Assembly (NCBI GenBank): GCA_045105395.1
Contig: JBGCDM010000007.1
Location: 11,440-75,439 of the forward strand
Direction: 5' to 3'
DNA: 64,000 nt
Source of the DNA: Devosiaceae bacterium
GTDB taxonomy: Bacteria > Pseudomonadota > Alphaproteobacteria > Rhizobiales > MH13
Shown: one piece after another, positions 19,333 to 29,721 of the stretch
Position numbering within the stretch: the first letter of the stretch is position 1
Layout: the number at the start of each line of letters is the position of its first letter
Program-made: the position numbers and the translations under genes
Notes under the pieces: model-generated
Databases searched by the model: none
What the model was told of the DNA's origin: nothing
Seen by the model: only the letters and a program-made list of their open reading frames with translations

Positions 19333-20388
19333 TTAAAAGGTTATTTCTTGGCAAAACAGGGGTGCGGTCGTCAAATACGCAGCATCCCAAGAAAAACCAG
19401 CCGCCTCACAGCTTGCCTGCGTAGTAAAATCAGACGCCATTGGCGGCATAACCGTGGTGCCCATCAATGGCCCAGGGTCGAATTGCGGCACAACACTCTC
19501 TATAGCCGGCAAATCTGGTAGTGGATCAGATGCTTCTGGGCTGCCCACATTTTGCTGAGTCACAACCTGATCACTGTCTGGCAATTCGGTAAAATCAACG
19601 CCCTCAAGGGTGGTAGTAATGCCGACGCCCGGCAGTTCAATAGCGTTGGTAACAGCCGTGTTGACGGTGATAGGCACAACCGATGGCCCGATCGGCCCAG
19701 CACCGGTGCTTGGAATAAACACACCAAAACCGGGTGAGCGCACCTCAACTGTACCGCCAGCCGTTTGCACCACAACGCGGCCACGCTGGCTGATACCAGC
19801 ATAATTCGTGTCAGGTCCGCGCAGCACAACGAACACCGCCGTTGCTGGATCAACGCTTGCGCCCGGCGGGATCAAACCAGCGGCCTGCGCCAGTGCAACG
19901 GCCTGCGCCCCCACAATCACATCAATGCTCGTGCCCCGCGTGCCAATGGTGGCCGAGGGTGTTTGGATCGTTACGCCATTAGGCGATATGGCGCTGACGC
20001 CACCGGAAACAAACCTCAGCACACCTTGCGTGGTGCGCGCGGCAATTTCACCCACAGAGCGGTCCGGATCATAAATAAAGCGGTCGATCACCAGATCGTT
20101 GCTCTCGCCGACGGTGAACACGCTTTCATCAAGCAACAGTACTTGCATGCCCGACTGAACTTGCGTCTGCACCCGGTCACCCAGGCGCATAGCCTCGCCA
20201 CCACTGGGCCGACGCACACTGGCACCTGAGATAACCGAAACATCACCACGCACCGCGGCTGCAACCCCAATGCGGGCCTGTTGGGCCTGCGCTTCACCGC
20301 CAGCCAAAAAAGGAACCGCCATCGCAGCAGCCCCTACAAACAGCAAGGCAAGTAGGCCAGCGCGGCATTTTTCAATGATTGTTTTCAT
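19333..20388 (-). CDS. Secreted FecR-domain protein
   Basis: A signal peptide (LLALLFVGAAAMAVPFLAGGEAQA) is followed by a FecR-like beta-sandwich segment (GDVSVISG...GEAMRLGDRVQTQVQSGMQVLLLDESVFTVGESNDLVIDRF). The start lies 15 nt after the upstream OMP gene stop. Confidence 0.7.
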   Translation of the reverse strand: MKTIIEKCRAGLLALLFVGAAAMAVPFLAGGEAQAQQARIGVAAAVRGDVSVISGASVRRPSGGEAMRLGDRVQTQVQSGMQVLLLDESVFTVGESNDLVIDRFIYDPDRSVGEIAARTTQGVLRFVSGGVSAISPNGVTIQTPSATIGTRGTSIDVIVGAQAVALAQAAGLIPPGASVDPATAVFVVLRGPDTNYAGISQRGRVVVQTAGGTVEVRSPGFGVFIPSTGAGPIGPSVVPITVNTAVTNAIELPGVGITTTLEGVDFTELPDSDQVVTQQNVGSPEASDPLPDLPAIESVVPQFDPGPLMGTTVMPPMASDFTTQASCEAAGFSWDAAYLTTAPLFCQEITF

Positions 20389-20403
20389 GGCTTGATGCCC
20401 CGC

Positions 20404-21771
20404 TTACATTGAAAACTGGCGGGCGAAGGAAAGCCCAAAACTGAAATTGTCGGCCTCAAACAACGCGCTGTTTGATTGAATAACCGTGTAACGGCCAAAT
20501 GTTTCTACCGCCCAGCCACGCGCCCAGCTTGCATCGGCACCTTCATCAATGCTCTCCACAAGCAGCGCCACAGGCACCGCCAACCCACCGCTGAGGCTAT
20601 AGCGGGTGTCTTCACGCGCTAGCGCAACCGCAGAATTGGGATTGGCTGCATCGTAAGCCAGTTGGCGAACCGATCCACCAACCCGCATGGACACACCAGA
20701 AGCATTGCGGAAGCGCAAACTGGCGCCACCACCAAAGCCATTATAACCGTACCATGCGCTGCCCGCGTCCTTGTGGACATAGCTACCGTGCACGGACAAA
20801 GCCACAGCACCGCTCAAGCGATAGGTGAGCTCCGGGCGAACCGAAACGCGCAGGCCGTCCGCATCGCCCAGATTGGTGGTGGAGAAGAGGTTCACATCGA
20901 GCGCTTCATGCACCGCTTCCACGCGAGCTGTTGCGGTCAAAACATCCGAAACATCGGCGGTGAGCTGAACTGCGCCGCCCACATGGTGCCCGTATAAATG
21001 CCCGTTGGAGAACTGCGTCCCGGCCACGGCCATCACATCCACAAAGGCAAAACCCAAATCAAGCCGCGGCCCCACAGCCAACCGGCCTGAGGCGGTGTCT
21101 GAATTACCATCATCGCGCAGCCGCGCAAATCCGCTTACCTGCGCCCGCAGGCTGTGGCCCAACCCATTGCCGAAGGGAACCTCACCGCGCAATTGCACTT
21201 CACCAAAGCCAAAGGCCTCATCATTGCTTGGCGCATTGAACGGCACACCAGCATCCGTGGTGCCGGCACCCGGCGCAAGCGCTGGGTTGGTATCGTACAT
21301 GGCACCAAGGCGGACCACGCCAGAAACACGCGGCGATACTGGGCTGGCGCGGACCATGCCTGCCAGTCGACTGGCTTCAGCCTGATCTTCAGGGCTAAGT
21401 GGGCGCTCGCTTAAAAAAGCAAGGTCTTCCAGCGCACCGGCATTGTCGCCAAGGCGCAGGAACACTGCCACGCGGATGAGCCGCGCGCGGTCAAAGTTAG
21501 GATTGATGAGCAAAATACGCTGCAAGGTGGCGGAGGCAGCTTGAAAGTCTGCGTCTGCCAGCTGCGCGCGCAGCAAGGCCGAATTGGTTTCCAGCGAATC
21601 TGGATTGGCAAGTACAGCTTGATAGGCGACGTTGGCCTGCGTGCTCTGGGCCAAACTCGGGGAGGCAGACAGAGTGTTTCCAGCGAGTGCTAGTACCGCG
21701 CCCATTAGCAGTGGCGTCAGCCAGCTGCTAACCTTCAACTTACAAAACGCAAATTTACCAAAAAAATGCAT
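20404..21771 (-). CDS. Outer-membrane protein with an N-terminal TPR region and a C-terminal beta-barrel
   Basis: ORF 20404..21822 trimmed to the ATG at 21771, which gives a signal peptide ...LLMGAVLALAGNTLSASPSLAQ. TPR-like helices follow (AYQAVLANPDSLETNSALLRAQLADADFQAASATLQRILLINPNFDRARL...). After those come ~300 aa of alternating amphipathic strands rich in G/Y/R/D. This architecture is reminiscent of DUF560/Slam-type OMPs, but I have not verified that. Confidence 0.65.
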   Translation of the reverse strand: MHFFGKFAFCKLKVSSWLTPLLMGAVLALAGNTLSASPSLAQSTQANVAYQAVLANPDSLETNSALLRAQLADADFQAASATLQRILLINPNFDRARLIRVAVFLRLGDNAGALEDLAFLSERPLSPEDQAEASRLAGMVRASPVSPRVSGVVRLGAMYDTNPALAPGAGTTDAGVPFNAPSNDEAFGFGEVQLRGEVPFGNGLGHSLRAQVSGFARLRDDGNSDTASGRLAVGPRLDLGFAFVDVMAVAGTQFSNGHLYGHHVGGAVQLTADVSDVLTATARVEAVHEALDVNLFSTTNLGDADGLRVSVRPELTYRLSGAVALSVHGSYVHKDAGSAWYGYNGFGGGASLRFRNASGVSMRVGGSVRQLAYDAANPNSAVALAREDTRYSLSGGLAVPVALLVESIDEGADASWARGWAVETFGRYTVIQSNSALFEADNFSFGLSFARQFSM

Positions 21772-21991
21772 CAATATTTCGCCCACAATGCCACCACGGC
21801 TCGCGCGCATCTGAACACCCACAAGCCCATGTTAACGTAGTGTTAGCTTTTCAAGCGCTGTGCAATACAGGGTTGGGGCTATTGCCAAAATGACCACACG
21901 TAAATTTCCGCTGTGTTGCTATTTCATCGCATTGCTGCTGTGCAGGGGGCGTGGACATTCTTCAAACCCATAAAAACAACGCGACCTGCTA

Positions 21992-24007
21992 ATGCGCCGC
22001 TTTTCCCGCACACTGATCCCCCTGGCGATTGGCCTTTCCTGCCTGGCAGGCGGGCTTGTGGTGCGCGCGGTTGATCCTGGGTTGGTCGAAATCATCCGGG
22101 AGCGGGTGTTTGACCTTTACCAACGGGTAGATCCACCTACACTTGGACAGGAAACACCACTTCGCATTATCGATGTCGATGATGCATCCTTGGCAACCCA
22201 CGGGCAGTGGCCCTGGCCACGCCCTCTGTTGGCAGATCTGGTGACGGCGCTACGTGAGGCCGGGGCGGCGGTTGTCGCCTTTGATATGATCTTCCCTGAA
22301 CCTGACCGCGCAAGCCCAACCCTTGCTCTGCAAGAGTTGGAACTTCCAGCGGCCCTATCACGCGATTTGGCAGCAAGCGTCGCTGCACTTCCCAGCCATG
22401 ATGAGCAGTTCGCACAGGCACTGGGCAATGCGCCAAGCGTGCTGGGCATCGCGGTCAGTGACGACAGCAGCGGATTCACCCCGCGTGCTGGCATTGCCAT
22501 GGTGGGCGCCACACCGGCTCGTGCGCTTACGCAAATAAATGGCGTGATCGAAAACTTGCCTCTTTTGCAGAACGCCGCTCACGGATTGGGTGGCATCCAT
22601 GTGTCTGCGCGTGATGATGATGCGATTGTTCGGCGCATTCCAGCACTCACCTATGTCGGCGAGCCGCCAGACCAAGGTGCCATTTTACCGAGCCTGTTTG
22701 TGGAAGCGCTGCGCGTAGCACAAGGCGCACAGAGCCTGGTGGTGCGCACCAACCCCTCACCCAATGCCCCTGAAATTGGGATACCCCAAGACTTGCGGGT
22801 TGGTGCGTTCACGCTTCCGCTTACCCAAGTTGGCGCCTATCGCATACGCTATGGATCCTTGGATGAAGCGCTTATCCTACCAGCAAATGCCGTGCTGGAA
22901 GCAAAGGACAATCCATCCACGTTAGTGCCGCACCTTGCTGGGACGATTGTTCTTATCGGCACATCGGCACCTGGCTTGTTCGACCTACGTGCCACACCGC
23001 TTGGCACCATTGTGCCTGGCGTTACCATGCATGCCCAAGCTATCGCCAACATCATCAATGGCACACATCTTTCGCGTCCAGATTGGACACTGGGTCTAGA
23101 AATGATCTTACTGGCCGCAGGCGGTTTGCTTGTGATCATCGCAGCACTTTTCCTGCGGCCACTGCCAGCAGCCGGTGTTGCAGCAGCAACCGTTTTGGCT
23201 ATTGGCGCAGGCTCATGGACCGCGTTCTCCCACCATTTGCTGCTTGTGGATGCCAGCTACCCCATTGTGTTCACACTGCTTGTCTTTGGTGCTGTCACAG
23301 TCCCAGTGCTCATTGGCACCGATAGACAACAACGCTTTATACGCAGCGCATTCTCGCACTATTTGGCCGAACCGGTTTTGGCGCGCCTAGAGAACAACCC
23401 CAGCGCCCTGAAGCTAGATGGCGAACGACGCACCATCACCATCCTGTTCATGGATGTGCGCGGCTTCACATCACGCTGCGAAAGGATGGAGCCAACGGCA
23501 GCTGTGGAGTTGCTCAACGCCTTGCTTGATCCGTTGTCAGAAGCTGTTTTAGCCGAGGAAGGCACCATCGATAAATTTATGGGCGATGGCATGATGGCGT
23601 TTTGGAATGCCCCACTTGACCAGGAAGATCACGCAGCCAGAGCCATACGCGCGGGCTTCGCGATGAGTGACGCCATGAAGAAACACAACGCCAATTCATC
23701 AGCCGGTAGCGCGCCACTTGCCATTGGGGTTGGCATCCATACTGGCGAGGCGTTCGTCGGCAATATGGGTTCGAAACGGCGATTTGCGTATTCCGCCATA
23801 GGCGACAGCGTTAATCTTGCAGCCCGTGTTGAGGCACTAACAGGTACGCTTAAAACCCAAATCCTCGTGACCGAGGAGGCGCTTAGCGCAGCTTGCGATC
23901 ACGATAGCCAATTGCGCCAAGCCCTTGAGCCGGCAGGCAGTCATACTGTGAAGGGGCGCCAGCAAGCCGTGCGCGTGTATGCGCTGGCCAGCAGGCGCGA
24001 GGCTTAG
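21992..24007 (+). CDS. CHASE2-domain membrane receptor with a class III adenylate cyclase output
   Basis: An N-terminal TM helix is followed by a ~330-aa extracytoplasmic domain (IIDVDDASL...GQWPWPR, as in CHASE2), then three TM helices. The cyclase core is FMDVRGFTS...IDKFMGDGMMAFWNAP...GIHTGEAFVGNMGS..RFAYSAIGDSVNLAAR. The Lys in KFMGDG suggests ATP specificity. Confidence 0.85.
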   Translation: MRRFSRTLIPLAIGLSCLAGGLVVRAVDPGLVEIIRERVFDLYQRVDPPTLGQETPLRIIDVDDASLATHGQWPWPRPLLADLVTALREAGAAVVAFDMIFPEPDRASPTLALQELELPAALSRDLAASVAALPSHDEQFAQALGNAPSVLGIAVSDDSSGFTPRAGIAMVGATPARALTQINGVIENLPLLQNAAHGLGGIHVSARDDDAIVRRIPALTYVGEPPDQGAILPSLFVEALRVAQGAQSLVVRTNPSPNAPEIGIPQDLRVGAFTLPLTQVGAYRIRYGSLDEALILPANAVLEAKDNPSTLVPHLAGTIVLIGTSAPGLFDLRATPLGTIVPGVTMHAQAIANIINGTHLSRPDWTLGLEMILLAAGGLLVIIAALFLRPLPAAGVAAATVLAIGAGSWTAFSHHLLLVDASYPIVFTLLVFGAVTVPVLIGTDRQQRFIRSAFSHYLAEPVLARLENNPSALKLDGERRTITILFMDVRGFTSRCERMEPTAAVELLNALLDPLSEAVLAEEGTIDKFMGDGMMAFWNAPLDQEDHAARAIRAGFAMSDAMKKHNANSSAGSAPLAIGVGIHTGEAFVGNMGSKRRFAYSAIGDSVNLAARVEALTGTLKTQILVTEEALSAACDHDSQLRQALEPAGSHTVKGRQQAVRVYALASRREA

Positions 24008-25383
24008 TTGGACCAAGCGTTCAATGCCTGCTGGAAGACATTGACACCGTCATCGCCTTTTTCAAACGTAATGATAGCGCGGCGATTGTCGGCATACAGC
24101 AGTGGCAGATCAAACCAACGGCCATCGCGCAACAATGGCACGTTGACCACCTGATCAGCTTCGCCAGCGGCAAGCGCCTGCCAGAATACACCTTCACCTA
24201 AATCAACGATAGCGCCACGCAGCGGATCACCACCAGCCTGTTCTTGTGGCTTCACCACCACACCCACAAGCTCGGCAATGCCTTCAGCGGGGAACGGATC
24301 AGAAAGATCAAAGGTAAACTCGATCAGATGTGTGGCCGGTAGTGCACTGTCCTGGTTTTCAGTGATGCGCATACCCAACGAAATGCCACGGGCAGGCACT
24401 TCAATGGTACCAATAATAGCGGTGGATTCACCTGCACCCTCCAGGCGCCAAAGCGCGCGCCCTGGGGCCGTGAACCCATCCGCATCTGGCGTCAAACCCT
24501 CTTCATAGAGAATAGCGGTCTGCGCAACGGGAAGACCTGGATTTGCTGGATCAGCAGTTGCAATTTCAGTGTCTGTTGTATCGGTGGCAGGCGGTGTTTC
24601 TTCAACGGCGCCTTGGTTGTCAGGCAGTAAACGCTCGCTCGAACGTGTTGGGTCGCTGCCAACGGTACGCACCTCGGGTGCTTCTTCCAGTGTCTCGCCA
24701 TTTTCACTGGCAACTTCTGTGTTTGATCCACTGAGGTAGGGATCAAGCAGGCCAAGTTGCCAGGCAACGACACCACCACCAGCGATAACAAGCAAACCTA
24801 ACAGGCCAATAATGAGGCCAGCCGAGCCGCCTCGTTTTTTGGGTGGCGGTGCAGCCGCAGCGGCAGCATCGAACTCAGGTAGGTCAGCGTTTGTTGGCGT
24901 TGCCTCAATTTCGGTAGGCGCATCGAAAGCAGTCGATGGATCAAACGATGGTTCGCGCGGCTGTGGCGCTGCCGGGATCACGGGCGGCGTTGGCGCTGCA
25001 ACCGGCGCAACAGAAGATGGTCTGGGGGCGGCAGGCACAGGTGGTCGTGCTGGTGCCGCTGGGGGGGTACGTGCAGGCGTTACAGGAGGTGCCACCGGGG
25101 TCGCGCGTGAAACCGGCGGCGCTGGCCTTGGTGCAGCGGCGGGCGCAGCTGCACCAGGCAAAACTCCACCATTGGACGCAACATCGGCCTCAACCTTACG
25201 GATCGCAGATTCTAAAGCGAGCCGCTGGCGAGAAATATCCTCGGGCGGCAAAGGTGGTTCAAAACCGGTAAGCTGACGCACCAAAGCCTGCCGCGCGCGC
25301 TCATATATCTTGCGTCGCTCGTCGCCTGGGGCACCTGGCCGGGAGGCCAACGCCTTACGCAGGATTGCATCAAAATCCGCCAT
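24004..25383 (-). CDS. Pro/Ala-rich single-pass membrane protein, function unknown
   Basis: ORF 24004..25389 begins with GTG; the ATG two codons later (25383) gives MADFDAILRKAL. A ~110-aa Pro/Ala-rich spacer is followed by the TM helix GLIIGLLGLLVIAGGGVVAW and a ~230-aa C-terminal domain. The stop overlaps the stop of the convergent cyclase gene. Confidence 0.65.
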   Translation of the reverse strand: MADFDAILRKALASRPGAPGDERRKIYERARQALVRQLTGFEPPLPPEDISRQRLALESAIRKVEADVASNGGVLPGAAAPAAAPRPAPPVSRATPVAPPVTPARTPPAAPARPPVPAAPRPSSVAPVAAPTPPVIPAAPQPREPSFDPSTAFDAPTEIEATPTNADLPEFDAAAAAAPPPKKRGGSAGLIIGLLGLLVIAGGGVVAWQLGLLDPYLSGSNTEVASENGETLEEAPEVRTVGSDPTRSSERLLPDNQGAVEETPPATDTTDTEIATADPANPGLPVAQTAILYEEGLTPDADGFTAPGRALWRLEGAGESTAIIGTIEVPARGISLGMRITENQDSALPATHLIEFTFDLSDPFPAEGIAELVGVVVKPQEQAGGDPLRGAIVDLGEGVFWQALAAGEADQVVNVPLLRDGRWFDLPLLYADNRRAIITFEKGDDGVNVFQQALNAWSN

Positions 25384-25580
25384 ACTCACACCAACTCTAA
25401 ATCTGCCGCCACCGGTACAGGCGTGCGGCCACGCACACTTAATACTTTACTAATGCCCATTTAGCCTAACGCGGGTCAATGGGTCCACCGAGATCAACAG
25501 GCCATTTCAAGACCCTAGCGCCTGTTTGCCAACAACATGGTTAACGTATGCGCCAAATTCGTACCTACCAAGCTACGTAC

Positions 25581-26912
<1,332 letters not shown>

Positions 26913-27083
26913 CTAGCGCCAAACACATGCGCCCCGCATGATGATTGAAAGCTCAACCGATCATCGGGGCATTCAGGTGTCCTTATCACAAATGCAGCCG
27001 ATGCAAGCCTGAACTTGTGCTCGATAGGACCATCAATGCCGCGATGCCTTGCTTAGCGGCAGCAAAAGGTGTTGGTGCAGGCC

Positions 27084-28007
27084 ATGAAACTGTTTGATCG
27101 ACCCTATGTTTTGCTCTCGCTAACCACACTTTTTTGGGCGGGCAATGCCATTGCAGGCAAGCTTGCGGCTGGGGTGATTCCCCCGTTTACGCTGACTTTT
27201 GTGCGTTGGACGCTGGTTGTAGCCATTGTATTTGTTGTGGCCCGCCCGCACTTGGACGCGCACAAAGAAACGATCCGCAAGCACGGCCTCTTTGTGATGT
27301 TTATGGGTGTGCTTGGTTTTTCACTGTTCAACTTCGCACTGTATGGCGCGCTCAATTTCACATCGGCATTGAACGTTTCAATTGAGCAATCGGCCTTCCC
27401 GTCTGTGGTCATGCTGATGATGTTTATCATCTACCGTGAGCGAATTAGCGCACTTCAAGGCCTGGGCGTAGCACTGACGGTGGTTGGCATCGCTGTTACT
27501 GTTAGCCAGGGCAGCTTAGATCGCCTGCTCGCGCTGCAATTTAATGTTGGCGATATTATCATGATGGGTGGCGTGTTAGTTTATTCGCTCTACTCAATCC
27601 TGCTACGCTACAAACCGAAAATACCTTGGCACATTTTTATGCTGCTTATGGCTTTGGGTGCAATGATAACGGCTTTCCCTCCTGCCCTATGGGAAGTATC
27701 ACGCGGCGTGTTCCCTGAAGCGAGCTGGAAGGTGCCAGCACTTCTTGCTTACATTATCATTTTTCCATCTCTGCTTTCCCAAGTGTTCTGGGTGCGAGGC
27801 GTGGAACTTATTGGCCCAAGTCGTGCCAGTGTCTTCATCAATCTGGTACCGGTTTTTGGGTCCGCTCTGGCCGTCTTGGTCTTGGGCGAAACGTTTGCAG
27901 CCTATCACGCAGCCGGTATTGTTTTTGTGATTGGCGGTGTCATGCTTGCTGAATGGGCAGGTAGCCGCCGCGCAGCGCATCTAGCAGCACAAACAGCACC
28001 CAAATAA
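27084..28007 (+). CDS. DMT-superfamily (EamA-like) transporter
   Basis: There are ten predicted TM helices in two EamA-like halves. The ORF track starts at a GTG (27069), and an ATG at 27084 is the alternative. Confidence 0.75.
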   Translation: MKLFDRPYVLLSLTTLFWAGNAIAGKLAAGVIPPFTLTFVRWTLVVAIVFVVARPHLDAHKETIRKHGLFVMFMGVLGFSLFNFALYGALNFTSALNVSIEQSAFPSVVMLMMFIIYRERISALQGLGVALTVVGIAVTVSQGSLDRLLALQFNVGDIIMMGGVLVYSLYSILLRYKPKIPWHIFMLLMALGAMITAFPPALWEVSRGVFPEASWKVPALLAYIIIFPSLLSQVFWVRGVELIGPSRASVFINLVPVFGSALAVLVLGETFAAYHAAGIVFVIGGVMLAEWAGSRRAAHLAAQTAPK

Positions 28008-28023
28008 CAAAGCAAGCAAACCA

Positions 28024-28695
28024 ATGGCTAAGCTTCACTTCCACTACTCAACAATGAATGCTGGTAAGTCGACCATGCTTTTGCAGGCCGCTTACAATTA
28101 TGCCGAACGCGGCATGTCAACGGTTTTGCTTACGGCAAAACTGGACGAGCGCGCTGGCGAAGGCGTGATTGGCTCACGCATCGGCATCAAAGCATCAGCC
28201 ACCACATACGCACGCGACACTGATCTTTATGCCTTTACAATCGAGCATTTGGCGAAACTCTCAAAGACCGGTGAAGATAAACCCGCCTGCATTTTAATCG
28301 ACGAGGCGCAGTTCCTGACCGAGGAACAAGTTTGGCAACTCGCGCGCATCGTTGATGACTTGCAAATACCGGTCATGGCCTATGGCCTTCGTGTGGATTT
28401 TGCCGGTCAACTTTTCCCAGGCTCAAAAGCGCTGCTTGCTCTGGCCGATGAAATGCGTGAAGTGCGTACGATTTGTTGGTGCGGATCAAAGGCTAGCATG
28501 GTTGCCCGAGTTGGCGAGGATGGCAAAGCGGTCACGGGTGGCGCCCAGGTGGAGATTGGCGGCAATGATCGCTACATCTCGCTATGTCGGCAGCATTGGC
28601 GCCATGCCATCAATGAAGCTCAAGGCGGCCCAATCAAACCTATTGATCCGGTGCACGGCACCTATCGGCCGCAAAGCGCAGACACCACAAAATAG
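28024..28695 (+). CDS. tdk: Thymidine kinase
   Basis: MAKLHFHYSTMNAGKSTMLLQAAYNYAERG contains the P-loop, IDEAQFL is the Walker B motif, and there is a C-terminal Cys cluster (CWCG...LCRQHW). Confidence 0.9.
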   Translation: MAKLHFHYSTMNAGKSTMLLQAAYNYAERGMSTVLLTAKLDERAGEGVIGSRIGIKASATTYARDTDLYAFTIEHLAKLSKTGEDKPACILIDEAQFLTEEQVWQLARIVDDLQIPVMAYGLRVDFAGQLFPGSKALLALADEMREVRTICWCGSKASMVARVGEDGKAVTGGAQVEIGGNDRYISLCRQHWRHAINEAQGGPIKPIDPVHGTYRPQSADTTK

Positions 28696-28782
28696 ACGGT
28701 CGCTTTCCGGGTGGTGCAGGCCAGACGAAAGGCCTAAAGCGCACGCTACAGTCCTGCCACTCTTCGCCCAGAAAGCCTATTC

Positions 28783-29721
28783 ATGGCCATCACTTTGCCT
28801 CTGACTGCCCAAAAGACAATGTCGACCAAGGCTTGGGCCATGCTGGTTGTTCTTGCCTTCATGTGGGGCGGCTCGTTTGTATTCGGCAAAATCGCTGTCA
28901 CCGAAATTACCCCGCTTACACTGGTGCTTTTGCGCGTTGGTCTGGCTGCATTGACCCTGCATATCATGTGCTTGGTGGCAGGTGTGCGGCTTCCAACTAA
29001 CCTTAAGGCCTGGGGTGCCTATGCGGTCATGGGCATTTTGAACAACGTGATCGCCTTCTCCCTCATCTTTTGGGGACAACAGGAAATTGGCGCATCGCTG
29101 TCGTCCATTTTGAACGGGGCAACACCCTTCTTCACGGTGCTTATTGCTGGACTGGTCTTGGCCGATGAACGCTTCACATCAGCAAAAATCATCGGCTTGG
29201 CGATTGGTTTTGCAGGTGTTGTTTTGGTTATTGGCCCACGTCATCTCTTGGGGTTGGGCGATAATTTACTGTCAGAATTGGCTGTTATCGGCGCGACGAT
29301 TTCTTACGGATTTGCCGGTGTTTGGGGACGTCGCTTTGCCGGCGAAAACCCAATGGCCACAGCCACAGGTCAGCTCACCATCTCAACACTTATGATGCTA
29401 CCAATAGCGTTCTTATTTGAGGATCCACTGGGCTTGGCGATGCCTTCTACCACGGCCATCGTGTCCGTGATTGGCCTGGCCGTTATATCAACAGCGTTGG
29501 CCTACATGCTGTTCTTTCAAATCTTGAAAATGGCAGGCGCCACAAACGTATCGCTGGTGACCATGCTTATTCCAGCAGTCACAATGCTAATCGCTGTACC
29601 TGTATTGGGCGAGACGATTGACCCTTTAAAGCTGCTGGGCTTGTTCGTCATCGTTGCCGGCTTAGCCGTGCTTGACGGGCGGCCAATAAAAGCCGCCCGC
29701 ACAATGTTTGCTTCACCTTAG
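28783..29721 (+). CDS. DMT-superfamily (EamA-like) transporter
   Basis: There are ten predicted TM helices (...LAFMWGGSFVFGKIAV...). The internal ATG at 28819 is an alternative start. The stop overlaps the convergent serA stop. Confidence 0.75.
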   Translation: MAITLPLTAQKTMSTKAWAMLVVLAFMWGGSFVFGKIAVTEITPLTLVLLRVGLAALTLHIMCLVAGVRLPTNLKAWGAYAVMGILNNVIAFSLIFWGQQEIGASLSSILNGATPFFTVLIAGLVLADERFTSAKIIGLAIGFAGVVLVIGPRHLLGLGDNLLSELAVIGATISYGFAGVWGRRFAGENPMATATGQLTISTLMMLPIAFLFEDPLGLAMPSTTAIVSVIGLAVISTALAYMLFFQILKMAGATNVSLVTMLIPAVTMLIAVPVLGETIDPLKLLGLFVIVAGLAVLDGRPIKAARTMFASP

